Shown one piece after another: positions 1 through 8,273 of a stretch of DNA of 31,949 nucleotides. The DNA comes from a virus (Duplodnaviria > Caudoviricetes): positions 1 through 31,949 of the IMG/VR virus record IMGVR_UViG_3300032373_000078; one strand, 5' to 3'. How positions within the stretch are numbered: the first letter of the stretch is position 1; every line of letters begins with the position of its first letter. The position numbers and the translations under genes are program-made. Below the pieces are notes generated by a model. The model was not told where the DNA came from, did no database searches, and was given only the letters and a program-made list of their open reading frames with translations.

Positions 1-1
1 T

Positions 2-481
2 GGCGGTGGTAGCGGGGGCTTTACACTTATCGAGCTAGATGTGACCGCTTTTGCGACCCTGACGGTCACAATCGGCTCCGGCGGTTATGGGGGTTATGGG
101 GGTGGCAGTGGCGGCTCTGGAGGCCATACTTCCCTGCTGGACGGTGCGACCGTGAAAGCCCGCGCCAATGGGGGCGGTGGGGGGAGTGAGGGGTCTACAA
201 ATGCAGTTGAGGGTGGGTTTGGCGCAAGTTCAAACAACACGGGAACACCTGATATTTTCCTTGCTGGCGTTTACGGTGGAAACGGTCTGACCTTGTGGGG
301 GGGCATAGGCGGCAACTCGCCTTTCAACGGATCATCCGCGAAATCCTACGTTTACAATTACAATGGTCATGAGGCCACGGCTTACGGCGGCGGCGGTGGC
401 GGGGCCTCTACTAATGGTACATCGTCGTATCAAGGTGGCAACGGTAAACCTGGCTTGATCATCATCGAGGAGTACGCCTGA
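2..481 (+). CDS. Glycine-rich phage tail-fibre-type protein, C-terminal part (5' truncated by window edge)
   Basis: Frame open from base 2 (GGGSGGFTLIELDVTAFATLTVTIGSGG...YGGGGGGA...GGNGKPGLIIIEEYA), the typical Gly-rich fibre C-terminal pattern; looks less GC-rich than its neighbours. Confidence 0.75.
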   Translation, partial: GGGSGGFTLIELDVTAFATLTVTIGSGGYGGYGGGSGGSGGHTSLLDGATVKARANGGGGGSEGSTNAVEGGFGASSNNTGTPDIFLAGVYGGNGLTLWGGIGGNSPFNGSSAKSYVYNYNGHEATAYGGGGGGASTNGTSSYQGGNGKPGLIIIEEYA

Positions 482-921
482 TGGCCCGATATGCGGAAAT
501 TAAAAGCGGTTCTGTGGTGAACGTGATCGAGGCGGATGCGACATTTGCAACCGCCTATGGCCTGACCGCTTGCCCGGATGAGGTCGGTCCGGGCTGGACC
601 TATGACGGGACAACCTTCACCGCCCCGGTGATCCCGCCGAAGGTCTACACGCTGGCCGAGCGGTATCCCATGGCGGCCGCGGAATGCGCCCGGCGCATTG
701 TGGCGGTGGCCGATGCAACGGCACAAATGAACATGGCCAGTTATCAGGCTGCGGGGCTTTTCAGCACGGCGCAGACCGCGACTTACGTCTCGGGTCTGAC
801 CTGGGTTGCGCAAATGCGCGGCACCTGGCGCGGCCTTGCCGAGGCCGATGCGGACCTTTCGGCCGATGCCAACTGGCCGGCTTGCCCGGCCGATGTGATC
901 GCGCTCGCGGCGCAGTTCTAG
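481..921 (+). CDS. Tail fibre assembly/chaperone-like protein
   Basis: TGATG coupling to the fibre gene; motifs VVNVIEAD, VGPGWTYDGTTFTAP and a C-terminal NWP resemble fibre-associated proteins. Confidence 0.6.
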   Translation: MARYAEIKSGSVVNVIEADATFATAYGLTACPDEVGPGWTYDGTTFTAPVIPPKVYTLAERYPMAAAECARRIVAVADATAQMNMASYQAAGLFSTAQTATYVSGLTWVAQMRGTWRGLAEADADLSADANWPACPADVIALAAQF

Positions 922-965
922 AACATATGGGCCGCGCGGGCGGGCCGGGGCGATGAGGTAACGCG

Positions 966-2105
966 ATGCGGTTTGGAAAGTCTCGTTTCGGGCTTGGGCG
1001 CTTTGCCGGCCCTGCCCGCCAATCGATCACCGGCACGGGCGCGTCGATCGCGCCCTTGGCCACGGGCACGGGTCAGGGCACGCGCGGCTCGAGCGGCACC
1101 GGCGCTTCCATCGCCCCTCTGGCCACGGGCACGGGTCATGGCACGCGCGGCTCGAGCGGCACCGGCGCTTCCATCGCGCCGCTGGCCACGGGCACCGGGC
1201 AGGGCACGCGCGGCTCGGCCGGCACCGGCGCGTCGATCGCCCCTCTGGCCACGGGCACGGGGCAGGGCACGCGCGGCTCGAGCGGCACCGGCGCGTCGAT
1301 CGCCCCTCTGGCCACGGGCACGGGTCAGGGCACGCGCGGCTCGAGCGGCACCGGCGCTTCCATCGCGCCGCTGGCCACGGGCACCGGGCAGGGCACGCGC
1401 GGCTCGGCCGGCACGGGGGCTTCCATCGCGCCGCTGGCCACGGGCACCGGGCAGGGTACGCGCGGCTCGAGCGGCACCGGCGCGTCGATCGCGCCCTTGG
1501 CCACGGGCACGGGTCAGGGCACGCGCGGCTCGAGTGGCACGGGGGCTTCCGTCGCCCCGCTGGCCACGGGCACGGGACAGGGCACGCGCGGCTCGAGTGG
1601 CACGGGGGCTTCCATCGCGCCGCTGGCCACGGGCACGGGGTATCACAACAGCGGAGATCGCGGCGCGTCGATCGCGCCTCTGGCCACGGGCACGGGTCAG
1701 GGCACGCGCGGCTCGAGTGGCACGGGCGCGTCGATCGCGCCTCTGGCCACGGGCAGCGGGCAGGGCACGCGCGGCTCGAGTGGCACCGGCGCGTCGATCG
1801 CGCCTCTGGCCACGGGCACGGGTCAGGGCACGCGCGGCTCGACCGGCACCGGCGCTTCCGTCGCGCCCTTGGCCACGGGCAGCGGGCAGGGCACGCGCGG
1901 CTCGACCGGCACCGGCGCGTCGATCGCGCCCTTGGCCACGGGCAGCGGGCAGGGCACGCGCGGCTCGACCGGCACCGGCGCGTCGATCGCGCCGGTGGTG
2001 ATCAGTTGGGGCACCAGTGCCGCGCTTTCGGTGGCGCGGGTCGCGAATGTGGATGCAAGCCCGAATGCGGCCTCGGGCACATACGGGCCGAACCGGACAC
2101 AATAG
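966..2105 (+). CDS. Gly/Thr/Ser/Ala-rich tandem-repeat protein, probable virion fibre/appendage
   Basis: GAGGT RBS before ATG; repeat units vary mostly at synonymous positions in this frame; co-oriented with its neighbours. Confidence 0.75.
   Translation: MRFGKSRFGLGRFAGPARQSITGTGASIAPLATGTGQGTRGSSGTGASIAPLATGTGHGTRGSSGTGASIAPLATGTGQGTRGSAGTGASIAPLATGTGQGTRGSSGTGASIAPLATGTGQGTRGSSGTGASIAPLATGTGQGTRGSAGTGASIAPLATGTGQGTRGSSGTGASIAPLATGTGQGTRGSSGTGASVAPLATGTGQGTRGSSGTGASIAPLATGTGYHNSGDRGASIAPLATGTGQGTRGSSGTGASIAPLATGSGQGTRGSSGTGASIAPLATGTGQGTRGSTGTGASVAPLATGSGQGTRGSTGTGASIAPLATGSGQGTRGSTGTGASIAPVVISWGTSAALSVARVANVDASPNAASGTYGPNRTQ
1032..1994 (+). repeat. 63-bp coding tandem repeat, 15 units plus a partial unit (GTGASIAPLATGTGQGTRGSS)
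   Basis: Counted from the translation; one interruption (YHNSGDR) near 1640-1660. Confidence 0.97.
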
Positions 2106-2129
2106 ACAACAAAAAGAAGGGGGCGCGGT

Positions 2130-2462
2130 ATGGCGTTCATCATGGCCGAGGGCGATCTTTCGCCGATCGTTGAAAAGACCTTGCAGGATGGTGCCGGCGC
2201 CGCGATCGATCTTACCGGCGCGATAAGCGTCACCTTCCTGGCCGAGGCGATCGATCCCGGCATTGCCTCGATCGAGGGCGCGGCGGTGGTGATGAATGCG
2301 GCCGGCGGGGTGGTGCGCTATCTCTGGGCCGCGGGCGATACCGCCGCGCCCGGGCTTTACCGGATGCGCTGGCGCGTGGTCTATTCCGACAGCAAGCCCG
2401 AGAATTTCCCCCAGGCGGGCACCGATTGGCTCGAGGTCACACCGGCGCTCGCCCCGGCATAG
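2130..2462 (+). CDS. BppU N-terminal-like (baseplate/fibre adaptor) protein
   Basis: Motifs GDLSP..TLQD..GAAIDLTGA..V.F, GVVRY.W.AGDT..PG.Y and a terminal FP match this family pattern. Confidence 0.65.
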   Translation: MAFIMAEGDLSPIVEKTLQDGAGAAIDLTGAISVTFLAEAIDPGIASIEGAAVVMNAAGGVVRYLWAAGDTAAPGLYRMRWRVVYSDSKPENFPQAGTDWLEVTPALAPA

Positions 2463-3460
2463 GCGCCCTCGCGAAAATCCCAGCCAAAATCAAGCAAACG
2501 CTGGCCGAGATCGGCCGGCGCGGTCTTGCGATAGCGCATCGCCATATCGGATTTGCGCCACCCGCCAAGATCGAGAAGCCCGCCGAAATCGCGGGTCTGG
2601 GCATAAAACCACGTTGCCCATGTGTGCCGCATCGTATGGGGCACCACATCGCGCCCGAGCCCGGCCGCATCGCACGCCTTGCGAAACGCGCCCGAGATCT
2701 GGCCGCCCCCATTTTCCCGAATGACATAGGGTTTGCCTTTCGGCGTCCGGGCGATCGGCCCGAGATCCGGCACGCCCGCGCCCAGAATCATCGCGCGCGC
2801 GCGCGGTGGAAGCCTGACCATGCGCGCCTCGCCGTTTTTGGCGCGGGCGATGAAGGCCTCGCCCGTGGCGGGATAAAATTCCTTTGCCTGGATCGCGAGC
2901 GCCTCGGAAACCCGGGTGCCCGCGCCAAGGCAAAACCCGATCGGCGCGGCAAGATGCGGATCGAGCGCGGCAAGAAGCGCCTCGGCCTCCTCGGGGGTGA
3001 GCCAACGGGTTCGGGCGTTGTTCTCTTTGCGTTTTTTCAAGCGCCGAAATTGGGCAAGGCCTTCATGGGCGGCGTGATTTATCACGGCCGAGATCGGGGT
3101 GATCACCTGGCGATTGATCGTCGCCGGGGCGGCCGATGGATAAAGCGCCGCGGCCGCCCGGTTCGCGGCCTGGTTGCCGATCTCGCCCAAAAGCGTCTCG
3201 GTGCCGAAATGCAAAAGCAGGGGCTCGAGAAACCGCGCCTCACCGCCGGCGATCATATAGGTCTCGGCGGCCTCGCAAAACGTCAGCGTGGCGCGCGGGC
3301 CATGGGCGTGACGGTTGCGGATCTCCTGTTCGCGCCGGTGGCGGATCGCTTCGGCTTCCCCGCGCGCGCGAGTTCCAGTGCTCTCGAATAGGCGGTGGCC
3401 CTGGACGGTGCCGCGCAAGTACCAGTTTTCGCGGCCCGGCCGCCGGATGAGCCTAAGCAT
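2381..3460 (-). CDS. int: Tyrosine recombinase / phage integrase
   Basis: Catalytic set GTRVSEAL (R), AKNG (K), HTMRH (HxxR), LGGW (W), MRY (Y); N-terminal arm-binding-like segment WYLRGTV...ESTGT. Confidence 0.95.
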   Translation of the reverse strand: MLRLIRRPGRENWYLRGTVQGHRLFESTGTRARGEAEAIRHRREQEIRNRHAHGPRATLTFCEAAETYMIAGGEARFLEPLLLHFGTETLLGEIGNQAANRAAAALYPSAAPATINRQVITPISAVINHAAHEGLAQFRRLKKRKENNARTRWLTPEEAEALLAALDPHLAAPIGFCLGAGTRVSEALAIQAKEFYPATGEAFIARAKNGEARMVRLPPRARAMILGAGVPDLGPIARTPKGKPYVIRENGGGQISGAFRKACDAAGLGRDVVPHTMRHTWATWFYAQTRDFGGLLDLGGWRKSDMAMRYRKTAPADLGQRLLDFGWDFREGAYAGASAGVTSSQSVPAWGKFSGLLSE

Positions 3461-3666
3461 GGGGTGCCTTCCTGAATGAACACGGCCTTGAGATCCGCGC
3501 GCCGGTAAAGGATGCGGATGCGCCCGCGCGCGCGGATGAATGGCAAGGTGCCGCGCGCGCGCAGATCATCCAGAAGGCTCCGAGACGTTTCGACGCCAAA
3601 TCCGCGGAGCCACAGGATCGCCGCATCCGTGCCCAGAAATGGCCCGGTTTCGCTTTCTACCTCCAC
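3283..3666 (-). CDS. Excisionase-like winged-helix protein overlapping the int start
   Basis: Immediately upstream of int; basic segment SRSLLDDLRARGTLPFIRARGRIRILYRRADL; GTG at 3666 overlaps the end of the upstream small ORF. Start inferred. Confidence 0.6.
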   Translation of the reverse strand: MEVESETGPFLGTDAAILWLRGFGVETSRSLLDDLRARGTLPFIRARGRIRILYRRADLKAVFIQEGTPCLGSSGGRAAKTGTCAAPSRATAYSRALELARAGKPKRSATGANRRSATVTPMARAPR

Positions 3667-3785
3667 GGGAGTACCCCGAGCCAATGGGCCGCCATGTAAA
3701 GCGCGATCGCGGCGATGGTGCAGGAGATCGCGCGGGTTGTGGCCTTGTCGACAAGGGCCAGCCGGCGTGCCTTTTGGGGGTCCAT
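3657..3785 (-). CDS. 42-aa single-pass membrane protein (not in the ORF track)
   Basis: GAGAGG RBS, then MDPQKARRLALVDKATTRAISCTIAAIALYMAAHWLGVLPWR*; first gene of the leftward operon. Confidence 0.6.
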   Translation of the reverse strand: MDPQKARRLALVDKATTRAISCTIAAIALYMAAHWLGVLPWR

Positions 3786-3818
3786 GAAATTGCCTCTCTC
3801 GTTCGTTGAGAGAGGTTT

Positions 3819-3836
3819 TGCACGTTTTGATGTGCA
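3819..3836. promoter_or_regulatory. Putative repressor operator (leftward promoter region)
   Basis: TGCAC-GTTTTGAT-GTGCA palindrome in AT-rich DNA upstream of the xis/int operon. Confidence 0.65.
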
Positions 3837-3937
3837 ATGAAAGATATTTTGTGTCTTGCGCTTAATAAGGGAGTTTTGCTAGGGATGCGTTGAGCCGCTC
3901 GCAGAAAGGGGCCGTGCACAAAATAAATTACAGGAAT

Positions 3938-4180
3938 ATGATGATGGAAAAGCCTGGGATCCAACGGATCCATGACGCAACCGCCGATCTTTCCGAGACC
4001 GCCCTGAACCGGCTGGCCGCGCGCCTCGATGCGCTGGCCCTGCTCGATGAGGCGTGCGCCGCGCACCGGGTCAGTCCTGGTCCCGCCCGCGCTCCTCGCG
4101 GGCAATCTGGTACACTTTTTCGGCCAGGTGCTCGGGCAGGCGTTCGAGGGTCCGGTGCAGGCGGATCCGGCCCGGCGTGA
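3938..4180 (+). CDS. Small hypothetical ORF convergently overlapping the repressor 3' end
   Basis: AGGA RBS and a helical-looking N-terminal half; the C-terminal half lies antisense to the repressor. Confidence 0.3.
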   Translation: MMMEKPGIQRIHDATADLSETALNRLAARLDALALLDEACAAHRVSPGPARAPRGQSGTLFRPGARAGVRGSGAGGSGPA

Positions 4181-4415
4181 TCCCGTCCGTTCGGCTGATG
4201 ATGCCAATGGGCACGCCAAGCGCCTCGCAGATCCTGAGCATATTGGCAAAGCTGAGACTGGTTTTGCCGGCGACGAATTGCGACAGCGCATTGCGCGACA
4301 GCCCGGCCTCGAGCGCCACTTCCGAATAGTTCCGGTTTTGCAGCGCGCAGACCACCCGCAGGTTTTCACGCGCCGCGGCAAGCCCTTGTTCCGCCCGATC
4401 CTTGATCCCGTCCAT
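4071..4415 (-). CDS. XRE/Cro-CI HTH repressor with no S24 peptidase domain
   Basis: NYSEVALEAGLSRNALSQFVAGKTSLSFANMLRICEALGV HTH_3 pattern; GAGG RBS; divergent from the cro-like gene. Confidence 0.85.
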   Translation of the reverse strand: MDGIKDRAEQGLAAARENLRVVCALQNRNYSEVALEAGLSRNALSQFVAGKTSLSFANMLRICEALGVPIGIISRTDGITPGRIRLHRTLERLPEHLAEKVYQIAREERGRDQD

Positions 4416-4477
4416 GGTGCCTCATCGTGATTTTCCGCCCCGGTTCGCCCGTGGCCTGTATTTGGCAAAGGTAATTT

Positions 4478-4575
4478 CGCACAACAAAAAGAGCAAGGCG
4501 CACTGAACCTGCCTTTTTCGGCAGGTTTCCCCTTGACCCGCACAATATATTGTGCGCTGCATATTAAACAGGGCA
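4478..4575. promoter_or_regulatory. Divergent cI/cro control region with three operator-like sites
   Basis: CGCACAACAAAAAGAGCA (4478-4495), perfect palindrome CGCACAATATATTGTGCG (4539-4556) directly after TTGACC (4533-4538), and TGCATATTAAACAGGGCA (4558-4575). Confidence 0.75.
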
Positions 4576-4612
4576 AGCACTGTGCGGGCCTGCCAAAATC
4601 TAGGGGCAGAGA

Positions 4613-4906
4613 ATGAACCAAGCAATACGGCCTGAGCAAACCGGCCTGCCGAGTTCGATCGAGTTTCGCGACTGGTTGCAGCGCGCGCTGGTTATCACCG
4701 GCTATTCGGCGACACGGCTGGCGCATGAAACCGGCCGGCACCGCAACTCGATCGGCGGCTTCCTGCGTGATCCAGAGCGCCAGATCATGCTTGATAACGC
4801 GCGGGCGCTGATCTCGCATTTGCGCACCGTCGCGCTCGAAAAGGGTCTCGAATTGCCACCCGTTCCGCGCCTCGAGGCGGCGGTCGGGACGGGTGGCCAT
4901 GGGTGA
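4613..4906 (+). CDS. Cro-like HTH protein
   Basis: SATRLAHETGRHRNSIGGFL HTH; first gene divergent from the repressor. Confidence 0.7.
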   Translation: MNQAIRPEQTGLPSSIEFRDWLQRALVITGYSATRLAHETGRHRNSIGGFLRDPERQIMLDNARALISHLRTVALEKGLELPPVPRLEAAVGTGGHG

Positions 4907-5129
4907 GGCCGCCGAGATCCTCGGTGCCCTGACCGCCCGCGAGCGCGGGCTTGTCGAGCGACTGGCCGCGGCCAGCGATGCAAGCCCGGCCGAAATGCTC
5001 GCCGCGATCGTGCAAGGCTGGTTGCGCCTGGCCGAGGACGCGCCCGAGGCCCTTCCACCCGATCCGATGAAAGACCTTGCCGCCCGGTTGCGGCCCTTGC
5101 GCGCCCGGATGACCCGGGGGGCGGCATGA
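4899..5129 (+). CDS. Small hypothetical protein (possibly ribbon-helix-helix-like)
   Basis: Overlap-coupled in the early operon; LVERLAAASDASPAEMLAAIVQGWL pattern. Confidence 0.55.
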   Translation: MGEAAEILGALTARERGLVERLAAASDASPAEMLAAIVQGWLRLAEDAPEALPPDPMKDLAARLRPLRARMTRGAA

Positions 5130-5371
5130 GCGGCGTGCGCGCGGGCGTGCAATTGCCGGCGTCTCGCTTCCGGTTGCGTGACCCGATCGAAAACCCACTC
5201 ATGCGCAGTTGCAAGCTGCACCTGCGCCGGGTCTGTGGCGTGTGCGCGGATTTCGACGGCGAGTTGCGCCAGGAAGGTGAGGGCATGTGCCGGCGACATG
5301 CCGCGCCGACAGGCCCGCGCCGGGATGCGCGGGATTGTCCCGATTTCGATCGAAAGACGGCGCGGCCATGA
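5126..5371 (+). CDS. Small Cys-rich hypothetical protein
   Basis: ATGA overlaps at both ends; CGVCADF...C...CPDF. Confidence 0.6.
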   Translation: MSGVRAGVQLPASRFRLRDPIENPLMRSCKLHLRRVCGVCADFDGELRQEGEGMCRRHAAPTGPRRDARDCPDFDRKTARP

Positions 5372-6501
5372 ACGCGCTCGAGGATCGTCTGAGGGATGCA
5401 AAGGCAATCCCGATCCTCGAGATCGCCGCGCGCCTCGGGATCGAGGGGCTGCGCCGCACCGGGCGCGAGCATGTCGGGCCCTGTCCGGTCTGCGGCGGCA
5501 AGGATCGGTTTTCGATCAATGATGCCTCGGGCGTGTTCAATTGCCGGATCTGCGCGCGCGGCGGGGATCAGGTTGCGCTGGTCGAGCATGTGCTCGGGGT
5601 CGATTTCAAAAGCGCGATCGACTGGATCGACGGCGGGGCGGTCTCGGTGGCCGATGCCGCCGCGCAGGAACGGCGCCGGCGCAAATGGGCCGAGGCGGAA
5701 AAGAAAAAGGAACGCGCGGCGCAGGCCTATCGCGACCGGGCGACTGACCAGGCGCGCGCCATGTTTCGCGCGGCCGTCGATGGCCGGGGCACGCTGGCCG
5801 AGACCTATCTAGCCGCGCGCGGGATCCGGCTCGAAACCTGGCCGCCAAGCCTGCGGTTTATCGCGGCGCACAAGATGTATGGCAGGGCCGGCGATCGGTT
5901 CGCGGTGATCCATGAAGGCCCGGCGATGATTGCCGCGGTGCAAAATCCCTTTGGCCGGATTACGGCGGTGCACCAGACTTGGCTTGATCCCGACCGGCCC
6001 GGCCAGAAAGCCCGGATCCGTGATCGCGCCGGCGACCCGGTGCCCGCGAAAAAGGTGCGCGGGTCGAAAAAGGGCGGCGCGATCCGCTTCACGCGGGTTG
6101 GTGGCACCGGCGTCATGGTGATGGGCGAGGGGATCGAAACCACGCTTTCGGTGATGGTTTCGGGTGCCTGGCCGGGCGCGTGTTTCTGGGCCGGGGTGGA
6201 TCTCGACAATATGGGCGGGAAAATGATCCGGCTCTCGGGGCTCAAATGGTCGGGCCTGCCCGATCTCGGCGATACGCGCGCGTTCGTGCCGCCCGAGGAG
6301 ATCCGCAAGCTGGTTTATCTACAGGATGGCGACAGCGCGCCGGCAATGACCCGCGCCAAGCTGGAAGCGGGGCTTCGCCGGGCCGGCACGGTGCGGCGCG
6401 GGGTCGAGGGCCTGATCGCGCCGGCACCGGCGGGGCAGGATTTCAACGATCTGATCAAGAAAAAAACACACGGGGCAAGCGATGATGATGAGGGGCAGTG
6501 A
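5368..6501 (+). CDS. Phage DNA primase (P4-alpha-type zinc finger plus TOPRIM)
   Basis: GPCPVCGGKDRF...FNCRIC zinc finger; GEGIETTLS, QDGD and GQDFND TOPRIM motifs; start at the ATGA overlap (5368). Confidence 0.9.
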   Translation: MNALEDRLRDAKAIPILEIAARLGIEGLRRTGREHVGPCPVCGGKDRFSINDASGVFNCRICARGGDQVALVEHVLGVDFKSAIDWIDGGAVSVADAAAQERRRRKWAEAEKKKERAAQAYRDRATDQARAMFRAAVDGRGTLAETYLAARGIRLETWPPSLRFIAAHKMYGRAGDRFAVIHEGPAMIAAVQNPFGRITAVHQTWLDPDRPGQKARIRDRAGDPVPAKKVRGSKKGGAIRFTRVGGTGVMVMGEGIETTLSVMVSGAWPGACFWAGVDLDNMGGKMIRLSGLKWSGLPDLGDTRAFVPPEEIRKLVYLQDGDSAPAMTRAKLEAGLRRAGTVRRGVEGLIAPAPAGQDFNDLIKKKTHGASDDDEGQ

Positions 6502-8273
6502 GATCGATGACAGATGAGCGCGACGGACTGGAAAAGGTCAAGGCACTGGCCGAGGCGGCCGAGCCGGTCGGACCGGCTGAAACCGACCCGCCCGGGGCCG
6601 ATCCCGGCCCGCCCGATGATGGTGAGGAGGCCCGCGCGGCCGCGCTTCTCGCGCGCGGCGGGTCTTTCCCGCTAAACGATTTCGGCAACGGTCAACGGCT
6701 GATCACCTATTTCGGTGAAAATCTGCTTTTCGTGCCGCGGCTTGGCTGGTTCCGCTGGGATGACAGGCTATGGGCGCCCGATGAGGATGCGATCGCGGTG
6801 CGGGCCGACGCGCAAAAGATCGGCGGCAAGATCCTCGAGGAGGTCGCGTATCTGGCGCTTGAGCCCTGGGAGGACCAGGCTCTCGACCTGGCGCGCGATA
6901 CCGCATCCGAATTGGCCACGCTTGAGGCTGAAAGCAAGGGCGAGACCGATCCGCCGGCGCGGCTCAAGGAATTGCGCAAGACCGCCGATCGGGCGAATGA
7001 CATTCGCTCATACCTTGCGACCCGCAAGCGCGATCACCGCAACCACGCCAAGACAAGCGGCAATTCCGGCCGAATTGCCAATATGATGATCGAGGCCCAG
7101 GTGCAGCGCTGCGTCGGGATCGATGATCTCAATTCCGACAAGACGGCGATCAACACGCTGGGCGGGATCCTGCGGTTTCGCGGCCTGGTCGACGAACATG
7201 AGGCGAGTTTCGGCAACACCGATCCGATCTGGTGGTGCGAGATCTCCGAACATGACCGGGCCGCGCGCATGACAAAGATCTGCGATGCGACCTATGAGCC
7301 GGGGGCCAAAGCGCCCGAGTTCGAGGCCTTTCTTGAGCGGATCCAGCCCGATTTGCAAATCCGGGCCTTCCTGAAGCGCTGGTTCGGTTATTGCCTCACG
7401 GGGCTCACGACCGAACAAAAGACCACGTTTTTTTATGGTGCGGGCCGCAACGGCAAATCGACCCTGGTCGACCTTATCGCGAAAATCATGGGCGGCTATT
7501 CGACCACGATCCCGATCGAGAGCCTGACCGGGGCCGAGCAACGCAAGGGCTCGGACGCAACGCCCGATCTCGTGCGCCTGCCCGGCGCGCGTTTCGTGCG
7601 CGCCTCGGAACCCGAGCGCGGCACCGGGCTCAAAGAGGCGCTGGTCAAGCAACTGACCGGCGGCGAGGCGATCCTGGTGCGCCGGATGCAGCAGGAATTT
7701 GTCGAGGTTTCGCCCGAGTTCAAACTGACGATCCAGGGCAACTACCTGCCAAATATCAAGGGCGGCGACGATGGGATCTGGCGCCGCCTGGTCCTGGTCA
7801 ATTTTGATGAACAAATCCCGATCGATGAGGTTGATCCCCTGTTGCCCGAGCGGCTCTGGGCCGAGCGCGACGGGGTGCTGACATGGCTTGTCGAGGGCGC
7901 GCTCGAGTGGTTCAGGCTGGGCCTGGCGATCCCCGAGACGATCCAGACCGCGACCGAGAATTACCGCCAGGCGAGCGACTTCATGCGGGTTTTCCTGACC
8001 GAGGAATGCGAGATCGACGGCGAGACCTTCGAGGAGGGCAAGGACATGGCCGATGCGTTCAACGCCTGGATGATCGCGAGCGGACAGGCGACATGGCGGC
8101 GCAAGACGATCACCGATGCCCTGAAAGAGCGCACCGGCGTCGTGTTCGGCAAGGGCGGCGCGCGGTTCAAGGCGCACAAGCGCTCGGTGCATGGCTGGTA
8201 CGGGATCAGGATCAACGAGGAGGCCCGCAACCGCATCGCGGCGTTCTCCGACGAATTGAGGGCGCGGCGATGA
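6498..8273 (+). CDS. P4/D5-family SF3 helicase with C-terminal winged-helix (origin-binding-type) domain
   Basis: NDFGNGQRL (D5_N), Walker A GAGRNGKST, ASE, VKQLTGGE, GIWRRL motifs. Confidence 0.93.
   Translation: MRSMTDERDGLEKVKALAEAAEPVGPAETDPPGADPGPPDDGEEARAAALLARGGSFPLNDFGNGQRLITYFGENLLFVPRLGWFRWDDRLWAPDEDAIAVRADAQKIGGKILEEVAYLALEPWEDQALDLARDTASELATLEAESKGETDPPARLKELRKTADRANDIRSYLATRKRDHRNHAKTSGNSGRIANMMIEAQVQRCVGIDDLNSDKTAINTLGGILRFRGLVDEHEASFGNTDPIWWCEISEHDRAARMTKICDATYEPGAKAPEFEAFLERIQPDLQIRAFLKRWFGYCLTGLTTEQKTTFFYGAGRNGKSTLVDLIAKIMGGYSTTIPIESLTGAEQRKGSDATPDLVRLPGARFVRASEPERGTGLKEALVKQLTGGEAILVRRMQQEFVEVSPEFKLTIQGNYLPNIKGGDDGIWRRLVLVNFDEQIPIDEVDPLLPERLWAERDGVLTWLVEGALEWFRLGLAIPETIQTATENYRQASDFMRVFLTEECEIDGETFEEGKDMADAFNAWMIASGQATWRRKTITDALKERTGVVFGKGGARFKAHKRSVHGWYGIRINEEARNRIAAFSDELRARR

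Noticed and set aside
1032-1994. CRISPR array or ice-nucleation protein
   Set aside because: Units are head-to-tail with no unique spacers and no cas genes; the period is 21 aa, not the 8/16/48-aa AGYGST pattern of ice nucleators.
918-2102. Long ORFs 918-2102 (-) and 973-2001 (+) overlapping the repeat gene
   Set aside because: Arg/Ala-rich shadows of a stop-free GC-rich repeat; synonymous variation favours the 966 frame.
1-3460. Tail-fibre shufflon driven by the adjacent tyrosine recombinase, or a diversity-generating retroelement
   Set aside because: No inverted fibre cassettes or repeated crossover sites seen; the recombinase has an xis-like partner; no reverse transcriptase or TR/VR pair in the window.
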